Origin: Candidatus Asgardarchaeum abyssi
Lineage (GTDB): Archaea > Asgardarchaeota > Asgardarchaeia > Asgardarchaeales > Asgardarchaeaceae
Direction: 5' to 3'
DNA: 64,000 nt
NCBI GenBank assembly: GCA_040225955.1
Contig: JBECUL010000001.1
Span: forward strand, 1 to 64,000
Positions 9,705 to 19,882 of this stretch are shown here, in pieces. Position numbers and translations under genes: made by a program. Each line of letters begins with the position of its first letter. Within the stretch, counting starts at the first letter, position 1. The notes under the pieces were generated by a model. The model saw only the letters and a program-made list of their open reading frames with translations. It had not been told where the DNA came from and ran no database searches.

Positions 9705-11435
9705 ATGTTTTTCTTTAGATTATCATCAAAGAATGTTATTTCAATAGAAAATAGAGGCGATTATATGGAGATTATCCATCAAGCAATATCTCAAGCTAAA
9801 TCAAGTATATCAGGTCTTCTTTGGCCTCCAAAAGGCACTAAGAAGGTATTTAATCAGATTCTTAAAGAGATAATTAGTAAAACCATCTCCTCACACAACG
9901 TAACTTCCAAAATGGTATTAGGTATCGTAGATGATGATCAGTTTATTGATATAGCAAGACATATATACGACGCTTCAAGTTCTAAAGACTTCAAAGAGAA
10001 GGTTTACGATAATAAGTTAGTGATTTTCTACTATATTAATCCACTTGAGATGTTTGTGCCAATCAATGTAGTTTCGGTAGATGGCATTGACAATTTCATT
10101 CTCTTTCAAGATGACATTTACGGGGACCTAACACTATCAATGCCCATTAAGACTCAATATCTGAAGGAGTATATAGATGTAGTCTCATTAGGTGGTCAGG
10201 AACTTTTTGGCAATAGTGGTTTTATTGAAGAAGAGATAATGAGAATCATAAATTCCATATTCAGAAGTAAGGACTCAAGAAAAGAGAGTATAGCCATTAA
10301 ATATGTTGGAAATGTAAACTATAGGCTATCTGCGGATGGTAATTATTATAAGGCCTTTCTGTTTTCAGATTTTCAGTCGATAATAGCGTCAATAGAAAAG
10401 TTCCTTGATGAGATAAAAGAACTGTTTCATGTTAGATTCATAACTTATGCCAATCATGACCCTGAGCACACTAAGAACGTTGCAAAATCTCTTTCTCAAG
10501 GACTTCTTGATATCCATGGAGAAAATTTATTTTTCAGACTGAATATGATTGAAAGGTACCTACTTATATCATCTGCCTTGTTGCATGATATAGGAATGGC
10601 TCTCACGGATTCAGCAATTAAAGAACTTGATTTGGAGAGATGGAGCGATATAATTAAAATAGATAAAGACGAAATCATTCGAGAGCTTGAAGGAAGCGGG
10701 TCTCATATAAAGAAGAGGGAAAAAGTAAGAAAATACCATGCCTACATTGGTGGCAGTTTCGTCTCAGACCTTCTATCAAGATATATTAGAAATGAAAATC
10801 TCTTAAAATATATGGATTTACAGAACCGTGTTTCAACGCTTGTGGCAGCACATTCGCTAACCTTTAATCTAAAAAAGATAGATCCCGTAATTACATGTAC
10901 TCATGCTGAAAAAGAATACACCGTTAGATTCAGATTACTGGCTGCGCTTTTAAGGCTTGCAGATTGCTTTGATATAACCATTAAAAGAATAGACCCTATA
11001 AAAGCTGACTTGATAGAGCTATGGAAAGAGGAGCCATCACAAGTAAAGCATTGGGCATTTAAATTGCTTATTGGGAAAGTATCCCTAGTGCCATATGATG
11101 ATGGCTTTGCACCGTGCATCCAGCATGCAGCTCTTGATGAGGATGAAGAGTTTGGAGTTAAAATATTTGAAGGCATAAACCTACTTGAAGATGTATCTGC
11201 GATAACTAATGTATTACAAGAGGCTGGAAAAATAGGCGACACAGAATTAGATATTGAGTTAAATATAAAGCCCATAGTAATCGTAGAGAATATAAATAAA
11301 AAGCACAGAGAAATTTTGGATGGTCGGAATTTAAAAACTTTGAAAGAGACACAAAAAAGGAGTGAGGAACGTTTACTTAAAATCTCTTGCGATGTTCTTT
11401 CACGTTATTTAGGCCATCCACTCTCATTGCAATGA
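9705..11435 (+). CDS. HD-domain phosphohydrolase (HD-CE-like) with N-terminal TrmB/PLD-fold-like domain; likely start 9765
   Basis: NHDPEHTKNV, SALLHDIGM, RKYHAYIG, VAAHS, LLRLADCFD match the HD-CE pattern. The N-terminal ISQAKSSI...VVSVDG pattern recalls a TrmB effector/PLD-like fold (inference). Confidence 0.75.
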   Translation: MFFFRLSSKNVISIENRGDYMEIIHQAISQAKSSISGLLWPPKGTKKVFNQILKEIISKTISSHNVTSKMVLGIVDDDQFIDIARHIYDASSSKDFKEKVYDNKLVIFYYINPLEMFVPINVVSVDGIDNFILFQDDIYGDLTLSMPIKTQYLKEYIDVVSLGGQELFGNSGFIEEEIMRIINSIFRSKDSRKESIAIKYVGNVNYRLSADGNYYKAFLFSDFQSIIASIEKFLDEIKELFHVRFITYANHDPEHTKNVAKSLSQGLLDIHGENLFFRLNMIERYLLISSALLHDIGMALTDSAIKELDLERWSDIIKIDKDEIIRELEGSGSHIKKREKVRKYHAYIGGSFVSDLLSRYIRNENLLKYMDLQNRVSTLVAAHSLTFNLKKIDPVITCTHAEKEYTVRFRLLAALLRLADCFDITIKRIDPIKADLIELWKEEPSQVKHWAFKLLIGKVSLVPYDDGFAPCIQHAALDEDEEFGVKIFEGINLLEDVSAITNVLQEAGKIGDTELDIELNIKPIVIVENINKKHREILDGRNLKTLKETQKRSEERLLKISCDVLSRYLGHPLSLQ

Positions 11436-11660
11436 ACAGTTTGAAAATGCCCATAAATCTTTAATTTTCCAAATTTTTGTGCAAAGTTTATTAGATATTA
11501 AATTTTATTTGATTAACATTATTATTATATATCTACTAAATATATTGGACTAAAACAAATTAAAGGAGGAGTTATTATTCCAAAAGCCGTTAAAAGTATA
11601 TATACACTCATTAAGGTTTTAGCACTAATTTTCGGTCTATTAACGTCTGGCATTGCATTT

Positions 11661-12047
11661 ATGATGGCTCATGATGCTACAAAGGTTACTATTGATGCTG
11701 ATGAATTTGCAAGATCAATGAACTTTACAATATCGAATGATACGGTATATGTTAGTACATCTGGAACAATATCCTATGATGGTTACCTATTTACGATTTC
11801 TGATGTAAATGTAACAATCGTGCTTTATGTTAATAGCACAGAGCTCCCTCCTGTTGCAAAGCAAGAGAGGACCTTTACACTTGAACCTCATGATAGTGAA
11901 ACTCTATCATTTAACATATCAGTTCCGAGAAGTTACTATGAGCATGCTGAGAGATGGTACATTCAGGTTATTGTTTCCGGAGCAATGACTTATATGGACT
12001 ATAATTTCGCAAGTTTCTCATTAATATACACAAAGGAGGTATCGTGA
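11661..12047 (+). CDS. Membrane-anchored beta-rich hypothetical protein (true start probably about 11570)
   Basis: Upstream in-frame hydrophobic stretch VLALIFGLLTSGIAF; beta-strand-rich body. Confidence 0.55.
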   Translation: MMAHDATKVTIDADEFARSMNFTISNDTVYVSTSGTISYDGYLFTISDVNVTIVLYVNSTELPPVAKQERTFTLEPHDSETLSFNISVPRSYYEHAERWYIQVIVSGAMTYMDYNFASFSLIYTKEVS

Positions 12048-12463
12048 TGGCTCATGCAGCTAGAGGTTTTTTAAGTGCGTTAATAACATTTATATCATAT
12101 GGCATTCTACCTCTTGGTGGTAGTACTGTAGCCAGAAGCTATGGCATACATCTACAATATTTTGATCCCGATTTATTAGCAGAGCTAAGCTTAATAATGG
12201 CTGTTCTTGTTTTCGTTGAAAAAACATTTGAAGAGGGTCGACCTGCCCTCAGTGGAACTTGTGGAGTTTTGAAGGCTTTCCTTACGCTCTGGTACTTTTT
12301 AACTTTTCTGAGCATGATAGAATTCATCTCGATACCAGCGTTTGATATAATAGTCCAGGTAAAATACAACCTCATAAAAGATCTAACAATAACGTCAATT
12401 GCTCTTTACGCCTTTAAGAACATATATTTACTAATATTTGGAGGAAGCTTGAAAGAAAAATAG
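12044..12463 (+). CDS. 4-TM hypothetical membrane protein
   Basis: Four hydrophobic segments; overlaps the previous ORF. Confidence 0.6.
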   Translation: MMAHAARGFLSALITFISYGILPLGGSTVARSYGIHLQYFDPDLLAELSLIMAVLVFVEKTFEEGRPALSGTCGVLKAFLTLWYFLTFLSMIEFISIPAFDIIVQVKYNLIKDLTITSIALYAFKNIYLLIFGGSLKEK

Positions 12464-12559
12464 AAGATCTCAAAGTGATGATTATTTTATATAAAAAGAT
12501 TTTCGAAAACTTTTACTTTATCTCATTAGAAATATAATTAAGAATCCAGATGTGAGACT

Positions 12560-12961
12560 ATGAGATTCGAAGCTGAAAGATGGCTAAATGAGGCTTTATA
12601 TGATCTGGAGACAGCAAAAATACTACACAGAGAGAAGAGATGGAATGCGGCATGCTTTTATTCACAACAAGCTGCTGAAAAAGCTGCTAAAGCATTATTA
12701 TACTTTATTAACCAGTCACCATGGGGGCATTCCATAGTTAAATTATTAGAGCGGTTCTCCGATTCAACTGGAGAAGACTTATCAAAGCTTTATCCTAAAG
12801 CTATGGAGCTTGATAGACTCTATATGCCTAGTAGATATCCTAATATGATTCCAGAAAAAACACCACATGAGGTTTTTGATAAAACTGTTTCAGAGAGGGC
12901 TGTTAAATATGCCGAAGAAATTATTGAATTCGTCAGACAACGAATTAAAAAAGGCAATTAA
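12560..12961 (+). CDS. HEPN domain protein
   Basis: ACFYSQQAAEKAAKALL, WGHSI, YMPSRYP. Confidence 0.9.
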   Translation: MRFEAERWLNEALYDLETAKILHREKRWNAACFYSQQAAEKAAKALLYFINQSPWGHSIVKLLERFSDSTGEDLSKLYPKAMELDRLYMPSRYPNMIPEKTPHEVFDKTVSERAVKYAEEIIEFVRQRIKKGN

Positions 12962-13334
12962 TCTTATGGTAGAAAAGTTACCAATTTCATTTATAATATT
13001 ATTCGGTAGTCGAGCTAGAGGTGATTATCTTCCTTATAGCGATTATGATTTGCTGATAATAGGCAGCTTTAAAGAACAGTTCATGGAGCGATTAAAGAAA
13101 ATAATGGAGTTGCTGATTGGAATAAAGATACATATCGAGCCTCATCCTTATACACTAAAAGAGGCTATAAATATGCTAAAAAGGGGGCATCCAACAATAT
13201 ATCACGCATTAGATGAGGGCATAATCATTTTTGAGAGGAATGCAAAAGAAAGAAAGAAGTTATTCGAATTATTTAACAATTTGAAGAGAAAGGGAATGAA
13301 GAGGACAGACATTACAATTATAGTACCAAGGTAA
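12867..13334 (+). CDS. Minimal nucleotidyltransferase (MNT); likely start 12909
   Basis: ILFGSRARGDYLPYSDYDLLII. Confidence 0.9.
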   Translation: MRFLIKLFQRGLLNMPKKLLNSSDNELKKAINLMVEKLPISFIILFGSRARGDYLPYSDYDLLIIGSFKEQFMERLKKIMELLIGIKIHIEPHPYTLKEAINMLKRGHPTIYHALDEGIIIFERNAKERKKLFELFNNLKRKGMKRTDITIIVPR

Positions 13335-13355
13335 TTTCTTTATGGGTCACAAGTA

Positions 13356-13883
13356 GTGGTCATAATGAAAATAATCGTTGATTCCATGCTTGGTGATATT
13401 GTTGTTTGGCTAAGGTTAGGAGGAATTGACACTATCTACATAGATTCTAAAGAAAGTGATGCTGAAATATTAAAGTTATTAAACAGAAATACTTTGCTGG
13501 TCTCAGGAGATAAAGAATTAATAAAATGTGCAAAAAGAAGGAATTTCCAAGTACTCCTTATAACTCAAGGGAATACTGCCGAAAAAGTAGCTTTAATTCT
13601 CGCTATGATTGGTATACGAAAATATGAGGTTGGAGAAAATAGTCGGTGTGTCTATTGCAACTCTAAATTGATTAGGATTAAGGATAAGAAGCATTTTGAG
13701 GATTTTGTAAGGTACTACAAGATTGAAAATGTTAAGTATTTTGAAAAAAATGCTCCATACTTTTTCTGTGAGAGATGTAGGAAATTTTACTGGAAAGGCA
13801 GAATGTGGAAAAACATAGAAAAGATGATTAAGGCCATAAATGGTGAACTTAGGAGAATTAGCAAAAAGTGCTCTACAATTTAA
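13356..13883 (+). CDS. Mut7-C RNase (PIN fold + zinc ribbon)
   Basis: IIVDSMLG..VWLRLGGIDT, SGDKEL, RCVYCNSKL, CERCRKFYWKG. Confidence 0.88.
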   Translation: MVIMKIIVDSMLGDIVVWLRLGGIDTIYIDSKESDAEILKLLNRNTLLVSGDKELIKCAKRRNFQVLLITQGNTAEKVALILAMIGIRKYEVGENSRCVYCNSKLIRIKDKKHFEDFVRYYKIENVKYFEKNAPYFFCERCRKFYWKGRMWKNIEKMIKAINGELRRISKKCSTI

Positions 13884-14304
13884 CATTAAATATTTCTTCT
13901 AAGAGTTTTACATACTCCTTATAAACATATTCAGCCTTAGTATATGCCTCGGGTGCATAATCTCTAAAGTACTCGGCATCTATACCTTTTTCAAATCCAT
14001 ATCCCGCTAGGCCTCTAAGCTCCGCCAGCTCGGCTATTATATCACTTATTGATTCAACTTCATCTCTGAACCACTTAGGTATGTCATCTCTTTTAGCAAG
14101 CACCGTAAAAACATCACTGATATCATGACTGCGAGGAAAATCTATAGCCAGTGATATCAAGATGGCTTTTGTTGCATTTTCAACCGCCATTTGTGAGCAG
14201 TAAACTACATCATCCCATCTTTTATCCTCTAGAGCTCTTTTCGCACCTTGTAACCATCTACCAGCTCTCTTAATTCCTGAGATAGCTATATCGATATTTC
14301 TCAA
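13873..14304 (-). CDS. HEPN domain protein
   Basis: SQMAVENATKAIL, FPRSHDI, LRGLAGYG. Confidence 0.88.
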   Translation of the reverse strand: MRNIDIAISGIKRAGRWLQGAKRALEDKRWDDVVYCSQMAVENATKAILISLAIDFPRSHDISDVFTVLAKRDDIPKWFRDEVESISDIIAELAELRGLAGYGFEKGIDAEYFRDYAPEAYTKAEYVYKEYVKLLEEIFNVKL

Positions 14305-15068
14305 AGTTCGATAACCTCCCCTGCCTTTATATCCGCTAAAACCCAGTAATATCCTTTATTTGGAATCTCTATTCTTTTGGCTCCTAAATTTAGTAGTTTC
14401 TGGCGAATTTTTTCCATAGTTTTTGTAAGAAAGTTTTCTTTTTCGTATAATATAATCCCATCAATACAAATATCTATATAAACTCGGTGAAAACGTTTTG
14501 CCTCTTCCTTACTTAAAGGATAATGCTGTATTATTGGAAAATAGCCTTTTGACAAGGCATTCTTGAATTCTTCAGTCTCCTTAAGTATTTTCTTTAATTT
14601 CCTTAGCTCTCTGATTCTTTCCCATACAAGTTTCTTATCCCATTTATCCACAATGATTAATAAGTCGATATCACTGTCCTTATTCCAATCCCCCCTAGCT
14701 ATTGATCCGAAAAGAGCAACTCCTATGAGTTTTTCTCCAAAGTGCTCACACAGAATCTTGCAATATCTCTCTAAAAGACCACTATATATTTTATGAGGAA
14801 TTCTTTCAATGTTTTTTATATGAATTTCTGTCCCTTCGATTATCATATTAAGTTTCTTAAGAAGATCCACGACAATTTTTCCTTTCTCAGTCAGCTTATA
14901 CATACGCTTCTCAGACTTAATGATCTTTCTCGAAATTAGATATCTAAGCTTCCTGCTTAAAGTTCTTGGATTTTCTACAACCTTTAATAGATCAGAAAAT
15001 CTACATTCTCCACTTTTACTTATTCGTTCTAATATTCTTAATATAAATTGATCAATCATCCCGATCAC
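14301..15068 (-). CDS. wHTH-fused minimal nucleotidyltransferase
   Basis: N-terminal wHTH (RFSDL...TLSRKL...YKLTEKG) plus LFGSIARGDWNKDSDIDLLII. Confidence 0.88.
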   Translation of the reverse strand: MIGMIDQFILRILERISKSGECRFSDLLKVVENPRTLSRKLRYLISRKIIKSEKRMYKLTEKGKIVVDLLKKLNMIIEGTEIHIKNIERIPHKIYSGLLERYCKILCEHFGEKLIGVALFGSIARGDWNKDSDIDLLIIVDKWDKKLVWERIRELRKLKKILKETEEFKNALSKGYFPIIQHYPLSKEEAKRFHRVYIDICIDGIILYEKENFLTKTMEKIRQKLLNLGAKRIEIPNKGYYWVLADIKAGEVIEL

Positions 15069-15088
15069 TAAGAAATTATAACATTAAA

Positions 15089-15108
15089 TACTATAAAAAA
15101 GTATAGTA
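15089..15108. promoter_or_regulatory. Palindromic operator candidate for wHTH-MNT autoregulation
   Basis: TACTATA-aaaaag-TATAGTA about 20 bp upstream of the minus-strand start at 15068. Confidence 0.4.
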
Positions 15109-15134
15109 ATAACTTTACTATAAAATAATTACAC

Positions 15135-16622
15135 TTAAGCTACTGTTTTTCTGAATCCCTTTATACTTAAAATGAGTCCTAATATAAAGTATCCAATTAA
15201 AACAGAAAGTTCGAGCCATACATCAGTTAGTGAGGCATTCATAAAGGCTATTGCTTTTGCGGCTGAAACATAATATGTCAATGGGAATACGTACGCAATA
15301 GGCACTAGTACTTCAGGTAAAACTCTCAATGAAATAAACATTCCACTTAAAAATATTTGAGGAACTATATAAATAGGTATCATTTGTATAACCTGTAACT
15401 CGGTCTTCATGAATGACGATATGAAAATTGCTAGGCTAACACTCCCCATTGTGCATAGAAGAACTAGTATGTAAATGAATAGAAGACTCGAGATTATTCG
15501 TGTAGAAAAGAAAATAATTGTCAGAACAACGAGTGTTGATTGTATTGTTGCCACTATTAAGAATGCTATCAGATATCCGAAGATAATTTCTGTCTTCATT
15601 AAAGGAGAGGCTAACATTCTTTCTAGCGTCCCTTGGAGCCTCTCACGTAGGAAGAAAACACCAGAGATTATAAATGCAAAAAACATAGAAATGAAACCCA
15701 TGACCGATGGTCCTATAAGATCTATCATGAGCAAATCCTCGCTACCATAGATGTAATTTTTAGTAATCTCATAGCTGCTTATGTTTAATATCTCAGATAT
15801 TGAGTCGCTGATTGCATTCTGAATACTTTTTAAAGCAACTGAAACTTCGTCTCTCTCTATACCATTAATGAAAATTTCTGTCACCGAGCCATTTCTAAGG
15901 AGTAAGGATTTTGTAAAATTTGAAGGTATCCACAGACTTACGATACTCTTCCTTTTCTTTATGGCATCTATGCAATCTTCTCGTGTTTTAACAATGGAAA
16001 CACTTACGTCATCGTCACTTGCCAGTTTAGAGACTATCAAATCTCCGAATACTATCTCAAAACTGGAATCCAGATTAACAATGGTGATGTTTAATTTTTG
16101 GTCCATATCTACTGGTGGCAGTATATGTTGCTGGATTGTGGTGTTGAAATCAAATGAAATCCCAATGGCTCCAAAATAATCTTGCATTACATCATTTACT
16201 GCTGATGAAATAAAATTAGAGATTAACGTTGCGTAATATTGAAGAGAAACATTAATCCAAACTTGCAAGGTAACATTTTCCCCTATCAATAAATTCCTAG
16301 TAAAGTTCTCAGGAAATATTATTATTGTTTGTATCGATTTACCAAACTCACTCCAATTAACATTAAGATCCCTTATCTCATTTATGTTAAAGCTCTCGTT
16401 TTTTCTCATCTCATCTATAATGACGGATGCTAATATGTCTTCAAAAGACTCATCCTGATTTGCAATGGCAACTGGAACATTTTTAACTTCTCCTGCAAAG
16501 GCGTATGAGAAAAGAAACGTAACAAGAATAGGACCAATTATCATTAAACCTAAAGTTCTCTTATCTCTCCTAAGCTGGCGAAAAATTCGTATGACAATAA
16601 TTTTAACATTTTGAAAGTTCAT
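15135..16622 (-). CDS. ABC-2 type exporter permease with duplicated extracellular domain
   Basis: RRDKRTL N-terminus, RERLQGTLERMLASP, FLSG...PLTY; two copies of the VAIANQD...IIFPENFT module. Confidence 0.9.
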   Translation of the reverse strand: MNFQNVKIIVIRIFRQLRRDKRTLGLMIIGPILVTFLFSYAFAGEVKNVPVAIANQDESFEDILASVIIDEMRKNESFNINEIRDLNVNWSEFGKSIQTIIIFPENFTRNLLIGENVTLQVWINVSLQYYATLISNFISSAVNDVMQDYFGAIGISFDFNTTIQQHILPPVDMDQKLNITIVNLDSSFEIVFGDLIVSKLASDDDVSVSIVKTREDCIDAIKKRKSIVSLWIPSNFTKSLLLRNGSVTEIFINGIERDEVSVALKSIQNAISDSISEILNISSYEITKNYIYGSEDLLMIDLIGPSVMGFISMFFAFIISGVFFLRERLQGTLERMLASPLMKTEIIFGYLIAFLIVATIQSTLVVLTIIFFSTRIISSLLFIYILVLLCTMGSVSLAIFISSFMKTELQVIQMIPIYIVPQIFLSGMFISLRVLPEVLVPIAYVFPLTYYVSAAKAIAFMNASLTDVWLELSVLIGYFILGLILSIKGFRKTVA

Positions 16623-16625
16623 GGA

Positions 16626-17606
16626 TTACACCTCAGAGAAGATATTCTCGTTTTGTCTCCTTATCAAGTAAATGAAAACGTCATCAAGTGAGGACATCCT
16701 AATTTCCACCGACTCTATTGGAATGTCATTCTTCTTAAGAAAACTAATTACATCACCAACTATTGAGTCATCGCTATAACCAATCTTAATATTAAGCTCT
16801 CCTATAATAGTTACAGAAACATCAAAAAGTGATGTGAGTTTCTCAATGACCTCCTCCTCAATTTTCTTTCCGAGTTTCAACATAAGTGACTTGCCATGAG
16901 GCAGAAGGGACATAATTTCTGAGACAGTTCCCACGGCTAATATTTTTCCGTTATGCATCAATGCTATTCTATTACAATTGATTGCCTCCTCAAGATAATG
17001 AGTTGTAACAATAATGGTCTTACCTCTTTCTGTAAGAGACTTAAAATAGTTCCAAAAGCTCTTTCTAAGATTTGGACTGATCCCTACAGTAGGCTCATCC
17101 AGAAGAAGTAAATCTGGATCGTGAACAATTGCGCAAGCTAATGAAACTCTTTGTTGGGTGCCACCACTAAGCTCTGAAACAACCATGTTAGCCCATTTCT
17201 CAATTTCTACAAGCTTTATTACATTTTCAATATATTTTCTTCTTATCTCTTTATCCGAAAGTCCATTAAGCCGAGCAAAAAACTCTATATTCTCTTTTGC
17301 AGTTAAATCTGGATATAGTGATTTTGATTGTGGCATATATCCTATCTTCCTTTTCACTTCTGGTGTCAGGGCATCTATTGGACAACCTAAAATACGACCA
17401 TTACCACTATCCGGCCTTAGTAGGCCTATAAGAAGACGAATGAATGTAGTTTTCCCTGCACCATTAGGACCTATGAGTCCAAAAATTTCACCTCTTCGAA
17501 TCTTTAGAGATACCGAATCGACTGCTTTTATCTTGCCAAATGTTTTAGTGAGCTTCTCTGTTTCTACTGCAAAATCAAAGGTATTTTTCATCTCTATATG
17601 CACCAA
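16626..17606 (-). CDS. ABC exporter ATP-binding protein
   Basis: GPNGAGKTT, LSGG, LLLDEPT, TTHY. Confidence 0.95.
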   Translation of the reverse strand: MVHIEMKNTFDFAVETEKLTKTFGKIKAVDSVSLKIRRGEIFGLIGPNGAGKTTFIRLLIGLLRPDSGNGRILGCPIDALTPEVKRKIGYMPQSKSLYPDLTAKENIEFFARLNGLSDKEIRRKYIENVIKLVEIEKWANMVVSELSGGTQQRVSLACAIVHDPDLLLLDEPTVGISPNLRKSFWNYFKSLTERGKTIIVTTHYLEEAINCNRIALMHNGKILAVGTVSEIMSLLPHGKSLMLKLGKKIEEEVIEKLTSLFDVSVTIIGELNIKIGYSDDSIVGDVISFLKKNDIPIESVEIRMSSLDDVFIYLIRRQNENIFSEV

Positions 17607-17658
17607 TATTCTTTAATATAGAAAAATATAAAATATTGTTGTAACTTTTCGAGTAACA

Positions 17659-18462
17659 GTGATACGAATGAAAATCCCGAATACCTTAGTTTCAAAATTA
17701 ATGAAATTAGGCTTTAAGGAATACGAGGCAAAAGTATTCTTAGCATTATCAATCTTAGGCCCATCAACGGCATCTCAAATTCATGAATTCTCTGGAGTTC
17801 CTCGACCAAGAGTTTATGATGTTTTAAAAGAGCTTAGGAAAAAAGGATTTTTAGAGATACAACAAAGTTCACCACTAATTTTCAGGGTGCCATCAATAGA
17901 ATTTGTAATGTCTCAGATAGAAAAGGAAGTCATCAAAACAATAAAAGAAGTCAAATCCGAAATTCAAAAACTAAAACTAGAAACTCAAGTTAAAAGAGAG
18001 GTCTATACTCTAACCCTTTATGGGCAAAAAAGTATCTTGATCAAGACCAAAGAACTTATTTCTAATGCCCGAGAAGTAATATATGTTGGTGCGCTGGATT
18101 TGGAATTTTTCAAACCTCTTTTAAATGATTTGAGAGAAACACACAGAAGAGGAGTGAAGATAAGATTAATAACATTAAGGAAAAATTATAAGAGCATTAA
18201 CAAGCTTAAAGATTTTGCAGAAGTATATTTTGTTCCAGTTTCTCCAAAAAATCCACTTGGAGTAATCTCTTTAAAGATTCTTAAAAATTCAAAGAAGGCA
18301 CGAAGCCCTATTGGGGTTGTTAATATCGATGGAAAGGAAGTGATATTCATCATAAGAGAAGCAACAAATATAGGATTTGAAATAGTTGGTATCTGGGTAG
18401 GACTTGAAAGCGTTGCTTTGCTTCAGAGATACTTATTAGAAGGCTCAATTGGTGAGCTGTGA
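17659..18462 (+). CDS. TrmB-family transcriptional regulator
   Basis: LGFKEYEAKVFLAL, SGVPRPRVYDVL; divergent from the ABC exporter. Confidence 0.92.
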   Translation: MIRMKIPNTLVSKLMKLGFKEYEAKVFLALSILGPSTASQIHEFSGVPRPRVYDVLKELRKKGFLEIQQSSPLIFRVPSIEFVMSQIEKEVIKTIKEVKSEIQKLKLETQVKREVYTLTLYGQKSILIKTKELISNAREVIYVGALDLEFFKPLLNDLRETHRRGVKIRLITLRKNYKSINKLKDFAEVYFVPVSPKNPLGVISLKILKNSKKARSPIGVVNIDGKEVIFIIREATNIGFEIVGIWVGLESVALLQRYLLEGSIGEL

Positions 18463-18640
18463 AGAATGAGGAGATCGGGTCTTATTAAATACGTAAATTA
18501 AATAAAAAATGTTACAATTACTACACTGCTCTTATTCTCCATATTTATATCTTACATCGGTAAGTCCTTCTCTGTTTCCTTTTCTGAGAAAATTATTTAA
18601 TTCATTTATATTATGCTCGCAATTTAATTGTTCAAGATTA

Positions 18641-19882
18641 TTATCTTTTAGAAGAGGATGCAAAAAATAGAAGGAGAAAGCCTCCAAAAATATTGATAAT
18701 TCCGAGTATCGTAAATATAGCTTCCACCGAGAGAAAAAGCACAATTATACTCATAAGTAAATATCCAATCGCCTTACTTAAATTTAGGAAAGAACCCCAA
18801 ACACCCATAGCTAAGCCACGTTCCGATTCGGAAACATTTTCTAAAACTAGAGATTGTGCAACAGGGAGAAACATTCCAGTAGCAAATCCAGTTAATGATA
18901 GTATTATTAAAAGTTCAAGTAACGTGGATGCCGCCGGTAAAGCTATTAGAAGTACACCAAGTGAAAACATTGAGGAAACTAAAAATACAGATTTTCCATA
19001 TTTATCTGAGAGTGCTCCACCAGGAAATCTTACAATAAAGATTGCAGCGGATCTTCCGCTCATCGTTTGGCCTATTTCACTCTCACGAAGGAATTTATTT
19101 TTAGCCAGTATCGGATAAAATGATGTGAATGCACCAATAACCATAGACACAAACAGTACTCCCATTAAAGCGAATCTCACTGATTTATTTTTAATAAGGG
19201 TCACTATATCAGTCCATAACTCACTTAAAATCGATTTAATGCTTCTCTTCTCAAATTCCTTATTGGCACTTTTGGGAGAATATTTGTGTTCAAGCAAACT
19301 TAGCACTATATAAAACAGAGAACCACCGGTAAGTATTAAGGTAGCATTAATTAAGAAAAGAAACCTATAGCCATATTGCTCAGATAGCATTCCTCCAAGA
19401 GTTGGTGCAACTATAGCAGCACCATCTGTGATCATCCATAAAAAGCCAAGGACGGCTCCTAGTTTTTCTCTTTTAGATACATCAACAACATAGGACACAG
19501 AAGTTGGCCAGTATATAGAAGCAGCTATAGATACTATTAATCTTGCGGTGAAAAAGTCAAATGGGGTTTGGGCGTAGAAGAGCAGTATTTCAGAAAGACC
19601 TCTTAGAAACAATGCAATTGGGATTAACTTTAATCTTCCAAAATAATCGCTCGCTTTGCCAAAAATTGGACGGAGAAAAACTTGAACAAGTGATGCTACA
19701 AGAAAAATTATTGATAATTGAAACTCGGTTGTATTAATGGATAATGCAAATAATGATAAAATAGGTCTTATGAAATTAAATGAGAATATTATTATGAAAG
19801 AGATTAAGCTAATTGTCGCAAAGCGTGGTATTATACCACTGTTGTTCGTTGACATATGATCACCTAATGTAATGGCTTGCAC
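18641..19882 (-). CDS. MFS transporter
   Basis: GKASDYFGR and GALSDKYGK motif A copies; about 12 TMs. Confidence 0.92.
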   Translation of the reverse strand: MQAITLGDHMSTNNSGIIPRFATISLISFIIIFSFNFIRPILSLFALSINTTEFQLSIIFLVASLVQVFLRPIFGKASDYFGRLKLIPIALFLRGLSEILLFYAQTPFDFFTARLIVSIAASIYWPTSVSYVVDVSKREKLGAVLGFLWMITDGAAIVAPTLGGMLSEQYGYRFLFLINATLILTGGSLFYIVLSLLEHKYSPKSANKEFEKRSIKSILSELWTDIVTLIKNKSVRFALMGVLFVSMVIGAFTSFYPILAKNKFLRESEIGQTMSGRSAAIFIVRFPGGALSDKYGKSVFLVSSMFSLGVLLIALPAASTLLELLIILSLTGFATGMFLPVAQSLVLENVSESERGLAMGVWGSFLNLSKAIGYLLMSIIVLFLSVEAIFTILGIINIFGGFLLLFFASSSKR

